A stretch of DNA of 64,000 nt from an uncultured bacterium (GCA_963729625.1 CAVSOU010000008.1:224001-288000), one strand, 5' to 3'. Counted from the stretch's first letter, positions 10,662-21,769 are shown. The notes: generated from the letters alone by a model not told the origin. Program-made: numbers and translations.

Positions 10662-11390
10662 TTGCAGTGGAGTTGGCCGGTCTTCCGAGAATACGTGTTT
10701 GACGGTACGCTCCTTGACGGCGCCAAGATCACGCTCGAGCTGACAGTTGTCGCACAGTTTCTGGGTATAGTGCTGGGCGTACTTGCCGCGCTAGGAAAAA
10801 CCTCGAAGCTGATCCCGTTCCGTGTCGTGGCCGAGCTCTACATCTGGCTGTTCAGGGGTACCCCTGTGCTCGTCCAGATACTCCTCTGGTGGCAGATACT
10901 ACCGGCGTCGACGCCCGAATTCGTCACCGCCTTCATCGCGCTCGGGCTGAACGAGGGCGCCTACATGGCAGAAATCGTGAGGGCCGGCCTGGAAGCGGTT
11001 GACAAAGGGCAGACAGAGGCCGCCCATTCGCTCGGCATGCGCTACACCCAAGTTATGGGGCGCATCGTGCTGCCGCAGGCCATGCGGGTGATCATCCCGC
11101 CGACGGGTAATGAGTTCATCAGCATGCTCAAGACGACGTCGCTTGTGTCCACTATCGCGCTGGCCGAGCTCCTCAGAAGTGCGCAGAACATCTACGAGTG
11201 CACGGCGTGCGATGGCGCCCTCTCGATCGTTCCACTGCTGGTAATCGCGGCTCTTTACTACCTGTTCCTGTCAACGGTGTTCACGTTTGTCCAGATGTAT
11301 ATCGAAAGCCGCCTCGGCGACCGGCGGGCGCAGGATCCCGGCTGGTTCCGCACGCTGATGGGTCGAGGTCGGTTGCTGTTTATCTCATAA
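10662..11390 (+). CDS. Amino-acid ABC transporter permease
   Basis: FRGTPVLVQ, EGAYMAEIVRAG, GQTEAAHSLG. Confidence 0.93.
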   Translation: MQWSWPVFREYVFDGTLLDGAKITLELTVVAQFLGIVLGVLAALGKTSKLIPFRVVAELYIWLFRGTPVLVQILLWWQILPASTPEFVTAFIALGLNEGAYMAEIVRAGLEAVDKGQTEAAHSLGMRYTQVMGRIVLPQAMRVIIPPTGNEFISMLKTTSLVSTIALAELLRSAQNIYECTACDGALSIVPLLVIAALYYLFLSTVFTFVQMYIESRLGDRRAQDPGWFRTLMGRGRLLFIS

Positions 11391-11412
11391 GGTGAAGTAG
11401 GCGCCCAAGAGG

Positions 11413-12228
11413 ATGATGACAGTGGCCGATCGACAGACGGTGCCCGGGGGCGCCAACGGCTCCTGGCCGATGGTGTCCGCGCAGGACGTGCACAAGCATT
11501 TTGGGCGAAATCACGTGCTGCGAGGCGTAAACCTCACGGTACCGAAGGGCCAGGTGCACGTGATCATTGGTCCCAGCGGTTCCGGGAAGAGCACCATACT
11601 CCGCTGCCTCAACCACCTGGAGAAGATCCAGCAGGGTGAGATCCGCATCGACGGCGAGCTGATGGGTTACCGCGAGGTGAACGGGAGACTCAAGGAGGAT
11701 ACGTCGAAGAACATCGCCCGCATGCGCTCGGAAGTGGGCATGGTGTTCCAGCGGTTCAATCTTTTTCCACACATGACCGCGCTGGGGAACATCATCGAAG
11801 CGCCCATCCGGGTGCGCGGGATGTCCAAGAACGAGGCGACAGAGCGCGCGAACGTGCTGTTGGAGCGCGTGGGCATGATGGAGAAGTCCAACCACTTCCC
11901 CTCCCAGCTCTCAGGCGGCCAGCAGCAGCGCGTGGCTATCGCCCGCGCCCTGGCGATGGAGCCCAAGGTCATGCTGTTTGACGAAGCGACGAGCGCGCTC
12001 GACCCCGAGTTGGTGGGCGACGTGCTGAACGTGATGAAGCAGCTGGCGATGGAAGGGATGACCATGGTGGTCGTCACGCACGAGATGGGCTTCGCCCGCG
12101 ACGTCGGCGACCACGTGGTGTTCATGGACAACGGCGTGATCATCGAGGAGGGTGTGCCGAGCGTTATCTTCGAGAATCCGCAGCACGAGCGCACGCGCGC
12201 GTTCCTGAAGTCGGTGTTGCGGGGATAG
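11413..12228 (+). CDS. Amino-acid ABC transporter ATP-binding protein (GlnQ-like)
   Basis: [35 protein letters not shown]. Confidence 0.95.
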   Translation: MMTVADRQTVPGGANGSWPMVSAQDVHKHFGRNHVLRGVNLTVPKGQVHVIIGPSGSGKSTILRCLNHLEKIQQGEIRIDGELMGYREVNGRLKEDTSKNIARMRSEVGMVFQRFNLFPHMTALGNIIEAPIRVRGMSKNEATERANVLLERVGMMEKSNHFPSQLSGGQQQRVAIARALAMEPKVMLFDEATSALDPELVGDVLNVMKQLAMEGMTMVVVTHEMGFARDVGDHVVFMDNGVIIEEGVPSVIFENPQHERTRAFLKSVLRG

Positions 12229-12683
12229 CTGGCTGAATGCGAGCTGACCCTCGCCGGCACATTGGTCCAGAACAAACATCTTGAAGGCCTCGGTAGCGGG
12301 CGAGAGCAGTGACAATCCGGCTCAGCCGGACAGCTTGATCGCGGCGGAATATCCGCATAGAGACTCACGATGCCGAATCGGTCAGCCACTGTTCACGGGA
12401 GGCAGCCGAGACTGCAGGGCTGCGGGTAGCCGGCTGCCGGATAGATCGCCGGGCCGAACGGCCAGAACCGACTCGTTCCGCGACTCTGTCTGTTACTGGG
12501 CACTTCATGATCAACGCCCCCGGTGTCAAACCCCTCGCGCCGAACGGATAGCGGCGGCAGTCGGCGCCGCGGTCGCGCACGCCGAACGATCGTGGCGGCA
12601 TGGCCCAGCGGCACACGGGAGTACAATGACTGATGAGGCGATTGCCAGGCGCAATCGCTCGCCCGAGTGAAAGGAGCGGCAGC

Positions 12684-12992
12684 GTGTACATTGTCCACGT
12701 GCACGTGCGCGTCAAACCGATGTCCGTGCAGGCCTTTCGCACGGCAACTCGAGAGAACGCGCGCCAGAGCGTGCAGGAACCCGGCATCGCGCGCTTTGAC
12801 GTGCTCGAACAGGCCGACGACGAGACCCGCTTCGTACTGGTCGAGGTGTATCGGACGGCGGATGACGCGGCCAAGCACAAGGAGACGGCGCACTATCAGA
12901 CCTGGCGCGACACGGTTGCCGGCATGATGGCCGAGCCGCGCACGAGTGTCAAGTACGGCAACGTCTATCCTGACGATGCGGATTGGGGATAA
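12684..12992 (+). CDS. ABM-domain (LsrG-like) monooxygenase/isomerase
   Basis: HVHVRVKP...[13 protein letters not shown]...FVLVEVY...[12 protein letters not shown]; RBS AAGGAG before GTG. Confidence 0.88.
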   Translation: MYIVHVHVRVKPMSVQAFRTATRENARQSVQEPGIARFDVLEQADDETRFVLVEVYRTADDAAKHKETAHYQTWRDTVAGMMAEPRTSVKYGNVYPDDADWG

Positions 12993-13037
12993 GGACCAGC
13001 GGCATGTACCGGTCCTCGCGAAGCAAGGAGGGAATGC

Positions 13038-14186
13038 GTGCGCTTCGAGTTTGCCACAGCTACGCGCATCGTCTTTGGCGCCGGCACTCTGGAGCAGGCC
13101 GGGCCGCTCGCCGCGACAATGGGAGGCCGCGCGCTGGTAGTCCTGGGACAGTCCGCGGAGCGCGCCGCGCCGCTGCTCGCGCTGCTGGCCAGACACGAAG
13201 TTGACGTTATCACCCTTCCGGTCGCCGGAGAGCCCACGACGCACCTGGTGCTTCGCGGCGCCGCCCTGGCGAGGGAGGAGCGTTGCGATCTCGTGGTCGG
13301 CTTCGGCGGTGGCAGCGTGCTTGACACGGGCAAAGCAATCGCCGCCATGCTCGCGAACCCCGGCGATCTGAACGATTACCTGGAGGTGATTGGCTGGGCA
13401 AAGCCGCTCGTGCGGCCGTCCGTGCCATATATCGCCATCCCAACCACGGCCGGCACGGGCACCGAGGTCACGCGCAACGCGGTACTGGCATCGACCGAGC
13501 ATCGCGTGAAAGTGAGCCTGCGCAGCCCGCTGATGTTGCCGCGCCTGGCCATTGTCGACCCCGCGCTCACCTACAGCCTGCCGCCCCAGGTCACTGCCGC
13601 TACCGGTTTGGACGCGTTCACGCAGCTGATCGAGCCGTTCGTAAGCAGCAAATCCAACCCGATGACCGATCCCCTGTGCCGGGACGGAATTGGCCGTGTG
13701 GCTCGCTCCCTCCGGCAGGCCTTTGCCCACGGCGACGACGTGTCCGCGCGCGAGGATATGGCGCTGGCAAGCCTGTTCGGCGGACTGGCGCTGGCCAATG
13801 CCGGATTGGGCGCGGTGCACGGCTTCGCCGGACCGCTGGGAGGAATGTTCCCAGCCCCTCACGGCGCGATATGCGCGCGCCTCCTGCCGCACGTCATGGC
13901 CACCAACGTGCAGGTGATGCAACAATCCGCGCACGAGGCAGTGCACCGCTACGACGAGATCGGGCGCATCCTGACCGGGAATCCGCATGCCGGGGCGCTG
14001 GATGCGGTGGCCTGGGTACGCGAGCTTGTCGAGGACCTGGCGATCCCTCCGCTGGCAGCATACGGCGTAACATCTCGCGATATTCCTGAGCTGGTCGAAA
14101 AAGCCGCAGTCGCCAGCAGCATGAAGGCGAATCCGGTCACGCTCACGCCCGCGCAGATGCGCGAGATTCTGGCGCAGGCCCTATAA
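13038..14186 (+). CDS. Iron-containing alcohol dehydrogenase
   Basis: GGGSVLDTGK, PTTAGTGTEVT, GLGAVHG, PHG. Confidence 0.93.
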   Translation: MRFEFATATRIVFGAGTLEQAGPLAATMGGRALVVLGQSAERAAPLLALLARHEVDVITLPVAGEPTTHLVLRGAALAREERCDLVVGFGGGSVLDTGKAIAAMLANPGDLNDYLEVIGWAKPLVRPSVPYIAIPTTAGTGTEVTRNAVLASTEHRVKVSLRSPLMLPRLAIVDPALTYSLPPQVTAATGLDAFTQLIEPFVSSKSNPMTDPLCRDGIGRVARSLRQAFAHGDDVSAREDMALASLFGGLALANAGLGAVHGFAGPLGGMFPAPHGAICARLLPHVMATNVQVMQQSAHEAVHRYDEIGRILTGNPHAGALDAVAWVRELVEDLAIPPLAAYGVTSRDIPELVEKAAVASSMKANPVTLTPAQMREILAQAL

Positions 14187-14353
14187 TCACCTGTACGCGC
14201 GCTGCCCTGGAGTATCAGCCTTGACGTGGCAACATACGCCCGGACCGGTGTACCGTGACCCTAACGCCCCCTCACGCGTTCAGACTGCAGGTTGCCGCTG
14301 CCTGGCAGCTCGCACTCGATCGGCCTAATGTGATCATGCTGAGGAGTCTGAAC

Positions 14354-15658
14354 ATGCCGCATAACCACTCGGACCTTGCACGGCGCCACTCGCGCAAGAC
14401 CGTTCTCCGTACCAGCCTGATGGTCGCCGGAGGCATCGGCGCCGGCCTCGCGATCGGCGCACGGTTCGGAGACGCCGTGCCACCGGTCGAAGCAGCTTCC
14501 GCCGCGTCACGGTCGTACACGCTCGCGACGGGAACGTCTTCCCTGGATCTGCTTGTGGCAGCCAACCTCGACTTCGCATTTCGCCTTCAGAACACGCTGC
14601 TAAAGAACGCCGGTGGCCAGAACCTGTTCTTCTCCCCACTGAGCGTCGCAACCGCGCTGGCAATGGTCTTCAATGGCGCCGCGGGATCGACGCAGAAGGC
14701 GATGGCGGCGACACTTGCCTACAAGTCGCTCAGCCAGGCGCAAATCAATACGGCGACATTTGGCCTGCTAACCGGCCTGCGGCAGCGCGATTCGGCCATC
14801 AAGCTGAGTATTGCCGACTCGCTCTGGGTACGACTGGGAGTGTCCGTGGCGCCCGCGTTCACCGCCACATTGCGCAACTCCTATAACGCCAGCCTTCAGG
14901 CGTTGGACTTCAAGAATCCGCATGCGCCCGACACGATCAACGCCTGGGTCAAAGAGCAGACACACGGCCTGATCCCGTCGATCGTGAAGTCGATTGACGC
15001 GGATACCGTGATGTTCCTGATCAATGCCCTTTACTTCAAGGGCGCGTGGAGCGCGCAATTCCGCGCGCCGGCCACCCAGCCCGGGCCATTCACCACGGGC
15101 TCAGGCAAGCGCAAGACGTTGATGATGATGGAACAGACCGGAACATTCGCCTATGCCAAATCCGCCGCGGCAGAGGCCATTCGCCTGCCCTATGGTGCAG
15201 GGAGAATCTCCATGTACGTGGTGTTGCCCGCTTCGAACACGAGCCTGCCGGCCTTCCTCAGCCGGCTCAATCCCAGCACGTGGAATGCTCTCCTCGCCGG
15301 TCTCGCGCCCCAGCACGGCAGCATCCAGATGCCCAAGTTCTCGGTGGCATACGGTAGCAGCTTGAAGCCGGCGCTGTCCGCGATGGGCATGGCACAGGCC
15401 TTCGATCCCAATACCGCTTCCTTCACCGGCATCCTCGAGAAGCAGCGCGCTTTCATCACCGACGTACAGCATAAGGCGGTCATGGATGTCGACGAGAATG
15501 GGACTCAGGCAGCGGCGGTTACCTCTATCGGCGTGGGGGCCACGGCTGTGATGGTCGATTCCTTCCACATGGCCGTCAACAGGCCGTTTTTCTGCGCGAT
15601 TCGTGACGACGCAACGGGTACCCTGCTGTTCGCAGGCGCGATCGTGGATCCGAGCTAG
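14354..15658 (+). CDS. Secreted serpin (serine protease inhibitor)
   Basis: NLFFSPLSV, INAWVKEQTHGLI, NALYFKGAW, hinge DENGTQAAAVT, VNRPF; Tat-like leader. Confidence 0.93.
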   Translation: MPHNHSDLARRHSRKTVLRTSLMVAGGIGAGLAIGARFGDAVPPVEAASAASRSYTLATGTSSLDLLVAANLDFAFRLQNTLLKNAGGQNLFFSPLSVATALAMVFNGAAGSTQKAMAATLAYKSLSQAQINTATFGLLTGLRQRDSAIKLSIADSLWVRLGVSVAPAFTATLRNSYNASLQALDFKNPHAPDTINAWVKEQTHGLIPSIVKSIDADTVMFLINALYFKGAWSAQFRAPATQPGPFTTGSGKRKTLMMMEQTGTFAYAKSAAAEAIRLPYGAGRISMYVVLPASNTSLPAFLSRLNPSTWNALLAGLAPQHGSIQMPKFSVAYGSSLKPALSAMGMAQAFDPNTASFTGILEKQRAFITDVQHKAVMDVDENGTQAAAVTSIGVGATAVMVDSFHMAVNRPFFCAIRDDATGTLLFAGAIVDPS

Positions 15659-15664
15659 CGGCCT

Positions 15665-16285
15665 CTAGAGGTCGGTGTCTTCATAGATCGCGGCGATAGG
15701 GATAACGGCGTTGATGGTATCAACGTGAATGTCGTCTGCGCCGCTATACGTCGTCGACGTCCATCCGCCGGTATCATCTCTACGACGTACCTCAACCCAA
15801 CGCGTGGTGACGCTGTCTATAAGCACGTACTCTCGCAGCGTTGCTATCTGCCGATAGAGTTCGAACTTGTCGCTCCGGTCATACAGCGCCGTGGAAGGCG
15901 AGAGCACTTCGACGACAAGTGTCGGATAGGCAATCACGCGGCGGCGCATGTCCGCCAGATCGCGAGGATCGCACGTTACCGACACGTCGGGGTACACGTC
16001 GTCCTTGAGCGTTGCGCGCACCCGTACCGCCTCGGTGAAAGCTTTGCAGGCGCTTCCCCGTACCGCGGCACGCACCAGCGCATACACGTTGCCACCGATC
16101 TGGCTATGATTCAGCGAGCCGCCAGACATGGCGAACACATAGCCACCGTGGTATTCGTGCCGTTCGTGCGCGCGCTCCTCGAATTCCTGGTATTCGTCGT
16201 ATGAAAACAACGGTCCCTGCTGTTGCGCGACCACGCGAGGATCCCTCCCACCATATTCTAGCGCGGCTCGGGCATTGCCCCGCAC
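15665..16285 (-). CDS. Uma2-family endonuclease
   Basis: RHEYHGGYVFAMSGGSLNH, YPDVSVTCD, VEVLSPST, LREYVLID. Confidence 0.92.
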   Translation of the reverse strand: MRGNARAALEYGGRDPRVVAQQQGPLFSYDEYQEFEERAHERHEYHGGYVFAMSGGSLNHSQIGGNVYALVRAAVRGSACKAFTEAVRVRATLKDDVYPDVSVTCDPRDLADMRRRVIAYPTLVVEVLSPSTALYDRSDKFELYRQIATLREYVLIDSVTTRWVEVRRRDDTGGWTSTTYSGADDIHVDTINAVIPIAAIYEDTDL

Positions 16286-16293
16286 GCAAGCCG

Positions 16294-16959
16294 CTACCGC
16301 CGCGCCTGGAAGACGGTTCGATCCGGCAGCCGGACAGCGCTCAGCACGCCTGTCTCGTAGGCGTGCGTGTCGAGTCCGATCTTATTCGGCTGAATCAACG
16401 GCTCATGCAGCTGCCAGTGACCGAAGACGACCGGCTTGCCCCAGTCATAATCGCTCTCGAGGAACCCGCCCGCGCCCCAGAGCTTTTGCAGCGCAGGCGT
16501 GCGCCCGAACGGCTGCCCCGGCACGACGCCCGCATGCACGTAGAACGCGTGATAATCCTCGAAATCGATCCGCGTTTGCTCGAGCCACCGCCCGAGCTCT
16601 GAGGGCGGCTGGCCACCGAAGTCCCTCCAGGCCTTTCGGGCTCCGCCGATAGCAGGCTGGCGCGAAAACGAGGTGCCGGTCCATTCCGCGAGCCAGGCGT
16701 CCTCGTGATTTCCGCGCAGAAAGACGCAGCGATAGGCCTCGGCCAGGGTGCGCAGCTCGCCGATTGTGGCGGCCGAGTTTTCACCTCGATCGAGATAGTC
16801 GCCAAGGAAGACCAGCGTATCGCCGGCCTCAAGGGGAAGAGCGTCCACCAGGAGGCGCAACAACGTCACCTCGCCGTGGAGGTCGCCAACCGCGAACGTG
16901 CTGTGATGAACCTGTCGGATCGCCGCCGTCATTCCGGCGACTTCCGGCTTGTTCGACAT
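16294..16959 (-). CDS. Calcineurin-like metallophosphoesterase (Ser/Thr phosphatase family)
   Basis: GDLHG, GDYLDRG, RGNHE, VHAG, FGH. Confidence 0.92.
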   Translation of the reverse strand: MSNKPEVAGMTAAIRQVHHSTFAVGDLHGEVTLLRLLVDALPLEAGDTLVFLGDYLDRGENSAATIGELRTLAEAYRCVFLRGNHEDAWLAEWTGTSFSRQPAIGGARKAWRDFGGQPPSELGRWLEQTRIDFEDYHAFYVHAGVVPGQPFGRTPALQKLWGAGGFLESDYDWGKPVVFGHWQLHEPLIQPNKIGLDTHAYETGVLSAVRLPDRTVFQARR

Positions 16960-17198
16960 GTTCTGACAGATAGAGCACGCAGGGCGTGTTTACGGTGAAG
17001 AGGCACCCTATGAGTGTACCGCTCCTGACGGCTTCGCTGCGTGGGGCTTCCTTTCCACTCTGCCTTTCCATCCGCTGTGTGGCGACAGCTCATGACCATT
17101 GCGGCCACCCTTTTACCATAGGCATGACACCACAGGTGCCACGTACTTGCCAGCCTCAGGGCCCAGGCGGCCAGATCGTGCCCACCGAGTGGGGACGC

Positions 17199-17272
17199 TT
17201 GACACCAGTGTGATCCCGGTTCATAATAGGTGCCAATCGATTGCTACCAATCGACTGGCACCAAACGATTTG
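17199..17272 (+). promoter_or_regulatory. Sigma70-type promoter with LacI-type operators
   Basis: TTGACA(17199)-17bp-CATAAT(17222); palindrome CAATCGATTG 17234-17243 plus variants CCAATCGACTGG and CAAACGATTTG. Confidence 0.7.
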
Positions 17273-17300
17273 TATGGCCCAAAGGGAACGGAACGCGTCG

Positions 17301-18404
17301 ATGTCGCGGGTGACGCTCAAGGAGCTGGCGCAAGCAGCCGGTGTATCGACGACCACGGTGTCCCATGCACTTAACGGTACGCGGCATGTGAGCGCACGCA
17401 CCAAGGCGGCAATCAAGGACCTCGCGGAGCGCATGGATTACCGTCCGGATCCGGTGGCCCGCATGTTGCGCGGCCATGATTCCCTGCTGATCGGCCACGT
17501 CGTGTCCAACCTGATTAGCAATCCCTTTTTCGCGCTCGTGGCGCGGGGCGCCGATCTTCGCGCCCAGGAGTCCGGGTTTGCCACGGTCCTGGCCTGCACG
17601 GAGGACTCCGCGGAAGCCGAGGCTCGCGCGGTCGATCTGCTGCTGGAGAAGCGCGTCAACGGGATCATCTTCACCACGCCACTCGCCGAGGCGAACGTCG
17701 CACGCGTCGTGGCCGCCGGTGTGGCGGCGGTGATGATCGAACGCCCGCTTGCCGTGCCTGGTGGACATTCCGTGGTCGTCGACCATCTTCGCGGCGTCTA
17801 CGATCTGACGCGCATCCTGATCAACGAAGGCCACAAGCACATTGCGTTTATCGGCGGCAACTTCCAAATTGCAGGAAGCGAGCACGTCGAACGGCAGCGC
17901 CTCCGCGGTTTCCGCGCAGCCATGCGCGATGCCGGGTTGGCCGTGCCCACCTCCCAGGTCGTGCTCGTGCCCTATGGTATCGAAGGCGGCGGCACGGGCG
18001 TGCAGGCTGTCCTCAGCACGGCGCGGCCGCCGACCGCGCTGGTGATCGGTAGCGACCTCCTCGTCGCCGGAGTCTTGCAGAGCCTGCACCACCGTGCCGT
18101 GCGGGTCCCCGACGATCTGTCCGTCGTCAGCTACGACGACACGCTCGGAGCGTTCATGACGCCGCCGCTCACTGAAGTCGAGCCGCTGACGGAGGACATG
18201 GGCCGCACGGCTGTGGACCTTATTGTGCGGCAGTGTCAGGAGCGGGAGACATCTTCCGCGGTGCGTAAGGGTCAGCGCATCGTCTTGCAGCCGCGCCTTC
18301 ATCGGCGCGCATCGACCCGCAGTCCAGCAAACTGCGGAGGAAAGGAGGGAGAAGGCTCGCGAGACTACGGACTGTACGCGCCGGCTAGATGCACGGCGTT
18401 CTGA
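17301..18404 (+). CDS. LacI family transcriptional regulator
   Basis: VTLKELAQAAGVSTTTVSHALNG; VPDDLSVVSYDD. Confidence 0.95.
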   Translation: MSRVTLKELAQAAGVSTTTVSHALNGTRHVSARTKAAIKDLAERMDYRPDPVARMLRGHDSLLIGHVVSNLISNPFFALVARGADLRAQESGFATVLACTEDSAEAEARAVDLLLEKRVNGIIFTTPLAEANVARVVAAGVAAVMIERPLAVPGGHSVVVDHLRGVYDLTRILINEGHKHIAFIGGNFQIAGSEHVERQRLRGFRAAMRDAGLAVPTSQVVLVPYGIEGGGTGVQAVLSTARPPTALVIGSDLLVAGVLQSLHHRAVRVPDDLSVVSYDDTLGAFMTPPLTEVEPLTEDMGRTAVDLIVRQCQERETSSAVRKGQRIVLQPRLHRRASTRSPANCGGKEGEGSRDYGLYAPARCTAF

Positions 18405-18435
18405 TCGTCTAGCAGAACATGGAGTTACGCGAACG

Positions 18436-19746
18436 ATGAAACGACGAGAGTTTCTCGGTGCCGCCGCGGGGACCGCGGCCGCAGCACTCGGCATGCCGAC
18501 GCTCCTGGACACGCCAAAGACCGAGGCGGCCAGAAGTGCAGCCCGCGCGACGGTAACTTTCTGGGAATTCAACACTGACACCCCCTCGCTGACCATCTGG
18601 CACAAGCTGATTTCCGCCTTCGAGGCGAAGAACCCCGACGTCAACGTCAACATGGTGATCGTGCCGTGGGGGGAGCAGGCGCAGAAGCTGACCACCGCAA
18701 TCTCCACAGGCGCCGCGCCCGACGTGTCCATGATGGGCAACGACATCGTGGCCGAATATGCCGCCATCGACGCCCTCGCTCCGATGGACTCGTACTTCCA
18801 GGCCTGGTCCAAAGAAGTCGGCAAGGATATCACGCAGGACATCTACCCGGGCGACCATGCCTACTATCAGTACAACGGCCACTGGTACGCCAGCCCGCTC
18901 TGTGAAGAGACCCGGCTGATCTACATGCGCACCTCGATGCTCAAGGCCGCCGGCATCGACCCCACCAAGCCGCCGCAGACCTGCCAGGACATGTTGCAGC
19001 TCGGTATGAAGCTCAACAAGAAGGGCGTCTATGGCTGGGGTATCCCGGGCGGCATCAACTACTTCACCGTGCAGACCTTCATGACCTTCTACCTGGCCTG
19101 GGGCGCGCAGTACATCAACGCTAAGGGCTTGTGCGGCTTTGACTCGCCGGAGTTCCGCGCGGCGCTGCAGTTCTACACCGACATCTACCTCAAGTACAAG
19201 CTGACGCCGCCCGACACGCCGATCTATGACAACTCCAAGCTCGAGCCACTGTTCGAGGCCGGCAAGATCGCCATGATGATCGACGGCCCTTGGCTGCTGA
19301 ACGGGATCACCGACCCCAAGCTGAAGGCGGACATCACCCTGGCGCAGCTGCCGCGCGGCCCGAAGATGCGCGCCGCGTTCCTGGGCGGCTGGCCGCTGGT
19401 CATGTGGGCGCAGAGCAAGAATAAGGACGCTACCTTCCGCTTCATCCGCTACATCACGGATCCGGCCCAGGGACTCTCCCCATTCTGCCAGGGAGCGGGC
19501 CAGCTCCCCGGTCGGAAGAGCGTGTCCGTGCAGGCCCCGTGGAACGCCATGCCAACGAGCATTTTCATCAACCAGCTCAACTTCGCCTACCCCTACCAGT
19601 ATCCTCACCAGGAAATCCCGCAGATGGGCGCGCTCGAGACGGACGCAGTCCAGACGCCTGTGCAGAACGTGATGCTGGGCAAGGCGACCGTCGACCAGGC
19701 GACCAAGGCCCTGGTGGCGCACATCAACTCGGTGTTCCAGCCGTAA
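18436..19746 (+). CDS. Sugar ABC transporter substrate-binding protein (Tat signal)
   Basis: MKRREFLG twin-arginine leader; FEAKNPDVNV, GAAPDV, FEAGKIAMMIDGPW. Confidence 0.92.
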   Translation: MKRREFLGAAAGTAAAALGMPTLLDTPKTEAARSAARATVTFWEFNTDTPSLTIWHKLISAFEAKNPDVNVNMVIVPWGEQAQKLTTAISTGAAPDVSMMGNDIVAEYAAIDALAPMDSYFQAWSKEVGKDITQDIYPGDHAYYQYNGHWYASPLCEETRLIYMRTSMLKAAGIDPTKPPQTCQDMLQLGMKLNKKGVYGWGIPGGINYFTVQTFMTFYLAWGAQYINAKGLCGFDSPEFRAALQFYTDIYLKYKLTPPDTPIYDNSKLEPLFEAGKIAMMIDGPWLLNGITDPKLKADITLAQLPRGPKMRAAFLGGWPLVMWAQSKNKDATFRFIRYITDPAQGLSPFCQGAGQLPGRKSVSVQAPWNAMPTSIFINQLNFAYPYQYPHQEIPQMGALETDAVQTPVQNVMLGKATVDQATKALVAHINSVFQP

Positions 19747-19767
19747 ACCGTCGTCATCTACTGTCGC

Positions 19768-19800
19768 GAGAGAGGGCGAGCAGCGGCGCCGCCCTCTCTC
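19768..19800 (+). terminator. Intercistronic stem-loop after sugar SBP
   Basis: GAGAGAGGGCG...CGCCCTCTCTC. Confidence 0.5.
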
Positions 19801-19825
19801 AGCTCAGTTTCCTGTGAGGTCAAGC

Positions 19826-20851
19826 ATGCGTGTTGAGCAAGTGTATTTCGAGGCACCTTATCGGGCCGCCTGCCGCGAGACAGACGTGCCGCCTCCGGGA
19901 CCTGGAGAGGTTCTGCTGCGCTCGCAGCTGTCGGGCATCAGCCACGGCACGGAGATGAACGTCTACCGGGGGTTCGCACCCCAATGGTCGCAGACGTATG
20001 ACCCGAAGCTCCGTCTCTTCCTCAAAGGCGGGAAGAGCAGCTGGGACTATCCAATGGCCTACGGCTACGTCAGCGTCGGCGTAGTTGAGAGCGTAGGCGA
20101 GGGCGTGAGCACGGAACTGCTGGGAGCGCGCGCCTTCTGCTACCAGCCACACCAGGGCGCGCACGTCTTGCCCGCGGAACAGCTGGTGCTGCTGGGCGAC
20201 CTGCCCGCTGAGAAGGGCATCTTCTTCGCGAACGCCAATACCGCGTTCAACGGCACGCTCGACGCCACGCTGCACTACGGCGACGTGGTCGTGGTCTTCG
20301 GGCTGGGCGTGATCGGCCAGATCCTCGCCCAGGTTTGCTCCGCGAGTGGCTGTCGCGTCGTCGTCGTGGATCCGCTGGCGGCACGGCGGGAGCGCGCGCG
20401 GCGCTGGGGTGCCGAGCTGGCGATCGACCCGCGCCAGACGGACGACGTGGCACTCGCGGTGCGGGAACTGAGCGACGGCCGTGGCGCCGACGTTACCTTC
20501 GATGTCACCGGGAACCCGAAGGCCTTGCACGAGGCCATCCGCACGACCGCGCCGGACTGCAGCGTGGTAGCCCTCTCCTGGTACGGGAAACCGATGAGCG
20601 ATCTGGTGCTCTCCGGCGAGTTTCACCATAATCGCGTGCACATCCGCTCCTCGCAGGTCGGACGCACTAATCCGCTGCTCGTGAACTGGTCGGTGGCGCG
20701 ACGACAGCAGACGGTGCTCGGCCTGCTCAAGCGGCTCGCCGTCGAGGAGATGATCGAGGCGCGGTTCACGCCCGAACAGGCCGCCGACGCCTACCAGGCG
20801 GTCGACCAAGGGGACACGCCGCCCCAGCAGGCGGTGTTCGCGTATCCATGA
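19826..20851 (+). CDS. Zinc-binding (MDR) dehydrogenase
   Basis: SGISHGTE, GYVSVG, GLGVIG Rossmann motif. Confidence 0.88.
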   Translation: MRVEQVYFEAPYRAACRETDVPPPGPGEVLLRSQLSGISHGTEMNVYRGFAPQWSQTYDPKLRLFLKGGKSSWDYPMAYGYVSVGVVESVGEGVSTELLGARAFCYQPHQGAHVLPAEQLVLLGDLPAEKGIFFANANTAFNGTLDATLHYGDVVVVFGLGVIGQILAQVCSASGCRVVVVDPLAARRERARRWGAELAIDPRQTDDVALAVRELSDGRGADVTFDVTGNPKALHEAIRTTAPDCSVVALSWYGKPMSDLVLSGEFHHNRVHIRSSQVGRTNPLLVNWSVARRQQTVLGLLKRLAVEEMIEARFTPEQAADAYQAVDQGDTPPQQAVFAYP

Positions 20852-21762
20852 GCGCGGCCGTCCTCCTGCGGGACCGATCCTCGCGTGGCCGGTCTTGGCG
20901 CAAGCAGGTATTGCCCTATGCGCTGGTGGCGCCGAGCGTGTTGCTCGTGGCTATCCTGCTCCTGTACCCGCTGGTCGACGAGATCTACCTGAGCCTGACC
21001 CACTACAACCTGCTGGTCGAGCCCAATCCGATCTTCGTCGGCGTCAGCACGTATACGCGCCTGTTCAACGACCTCGTGTTCTGGGGCAGCCTTGAGCGTA
21101 CCTGCTGGTGGACCCTTGGCTCGGTCGCAATCGAGTTCCTTATCGGCGCTCCGCTCGCGCTGGCGCTCAACCACCGCACGCGCCTGACCGGCCTGGCCAT
21201 CGGCTTAACCTTGCTGCCGTGGGTCACGCCCACGGTGGTCGTGTCCTATGCCTGGGTCTGGGTGCTCGACTCCCAGGTCGGGATCGTGTACGCAGTGCTG
21301 CACTGGCTGCACCTCACCGGCAGCGTGTCACCGCTGGCGACGTACGGCGGCGCGCTACCCGCCGTCGTCGTCGCAAGCGGCTGGAAAGGTACGCCCTTCA
21401 TGGCCATCCTGCTGCTTGCCGCGCTCAAGGGCATTCCGGCGGAGCTGTACGAGTCAGCACAGATCGACGGGGCAAGCTGGCTGGCGCGGCACCGGTACAT
21501 CACGCTGCCGGGGGTGCGCAAAACCGCGCTGATCGCGGCGATGCTGCTGAGCATCTGGGCCTTCTACAGCTTCGACTTTGCCTGGTTGATGACCCAGGGC
21601 GGCCCGGACGATGCCACGGAGCTGGCAAGCATCTACCTGTTCAAGACATTCCAGTTCGCCTTGAACTGGGGGTACGCGGCCCAAATTGGCGTGGCGATGT
21701 TCGTCATTCTGCTCGTGGCTGTCACGGTCTACCTCACCGTAGCGCAGCCGAACAGGGAGTGA
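20848..21762 (+). CDS. Sugar ABC transporter permease
   Basis: IPAELYESAQIDGAS EAA loop; MTQGGP. Confidence 0.93.
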   Translation: MSAAVLLRDRSSRGRSWRKQVLPYALVAPSVLLVAILLLYPLVDEIYLSLTHYNLLVEPNPIFVGVSTYTRLFNDLVFWGSLERTCWWTLGSVAIEFLIGAPLALALNHRTRLTGLAIGLTLLPWVTPTVVVSYAWVWVLDSQVGIVYAVLHWLHLTGSVSPLATYGGALPAVVVASGWKGTPFMAILLLAALKGIPAELYESAQIDGASWLARHRYITLPGVRKTALIAAMLLSIWAFYSFDFAWLMTQGGPDDATELASIYLFKTFQFALNWGYAAQIGVAMFVILLVAVTVYLTVAQPNRE

Positions 21763-21769
21763 GGAGACT

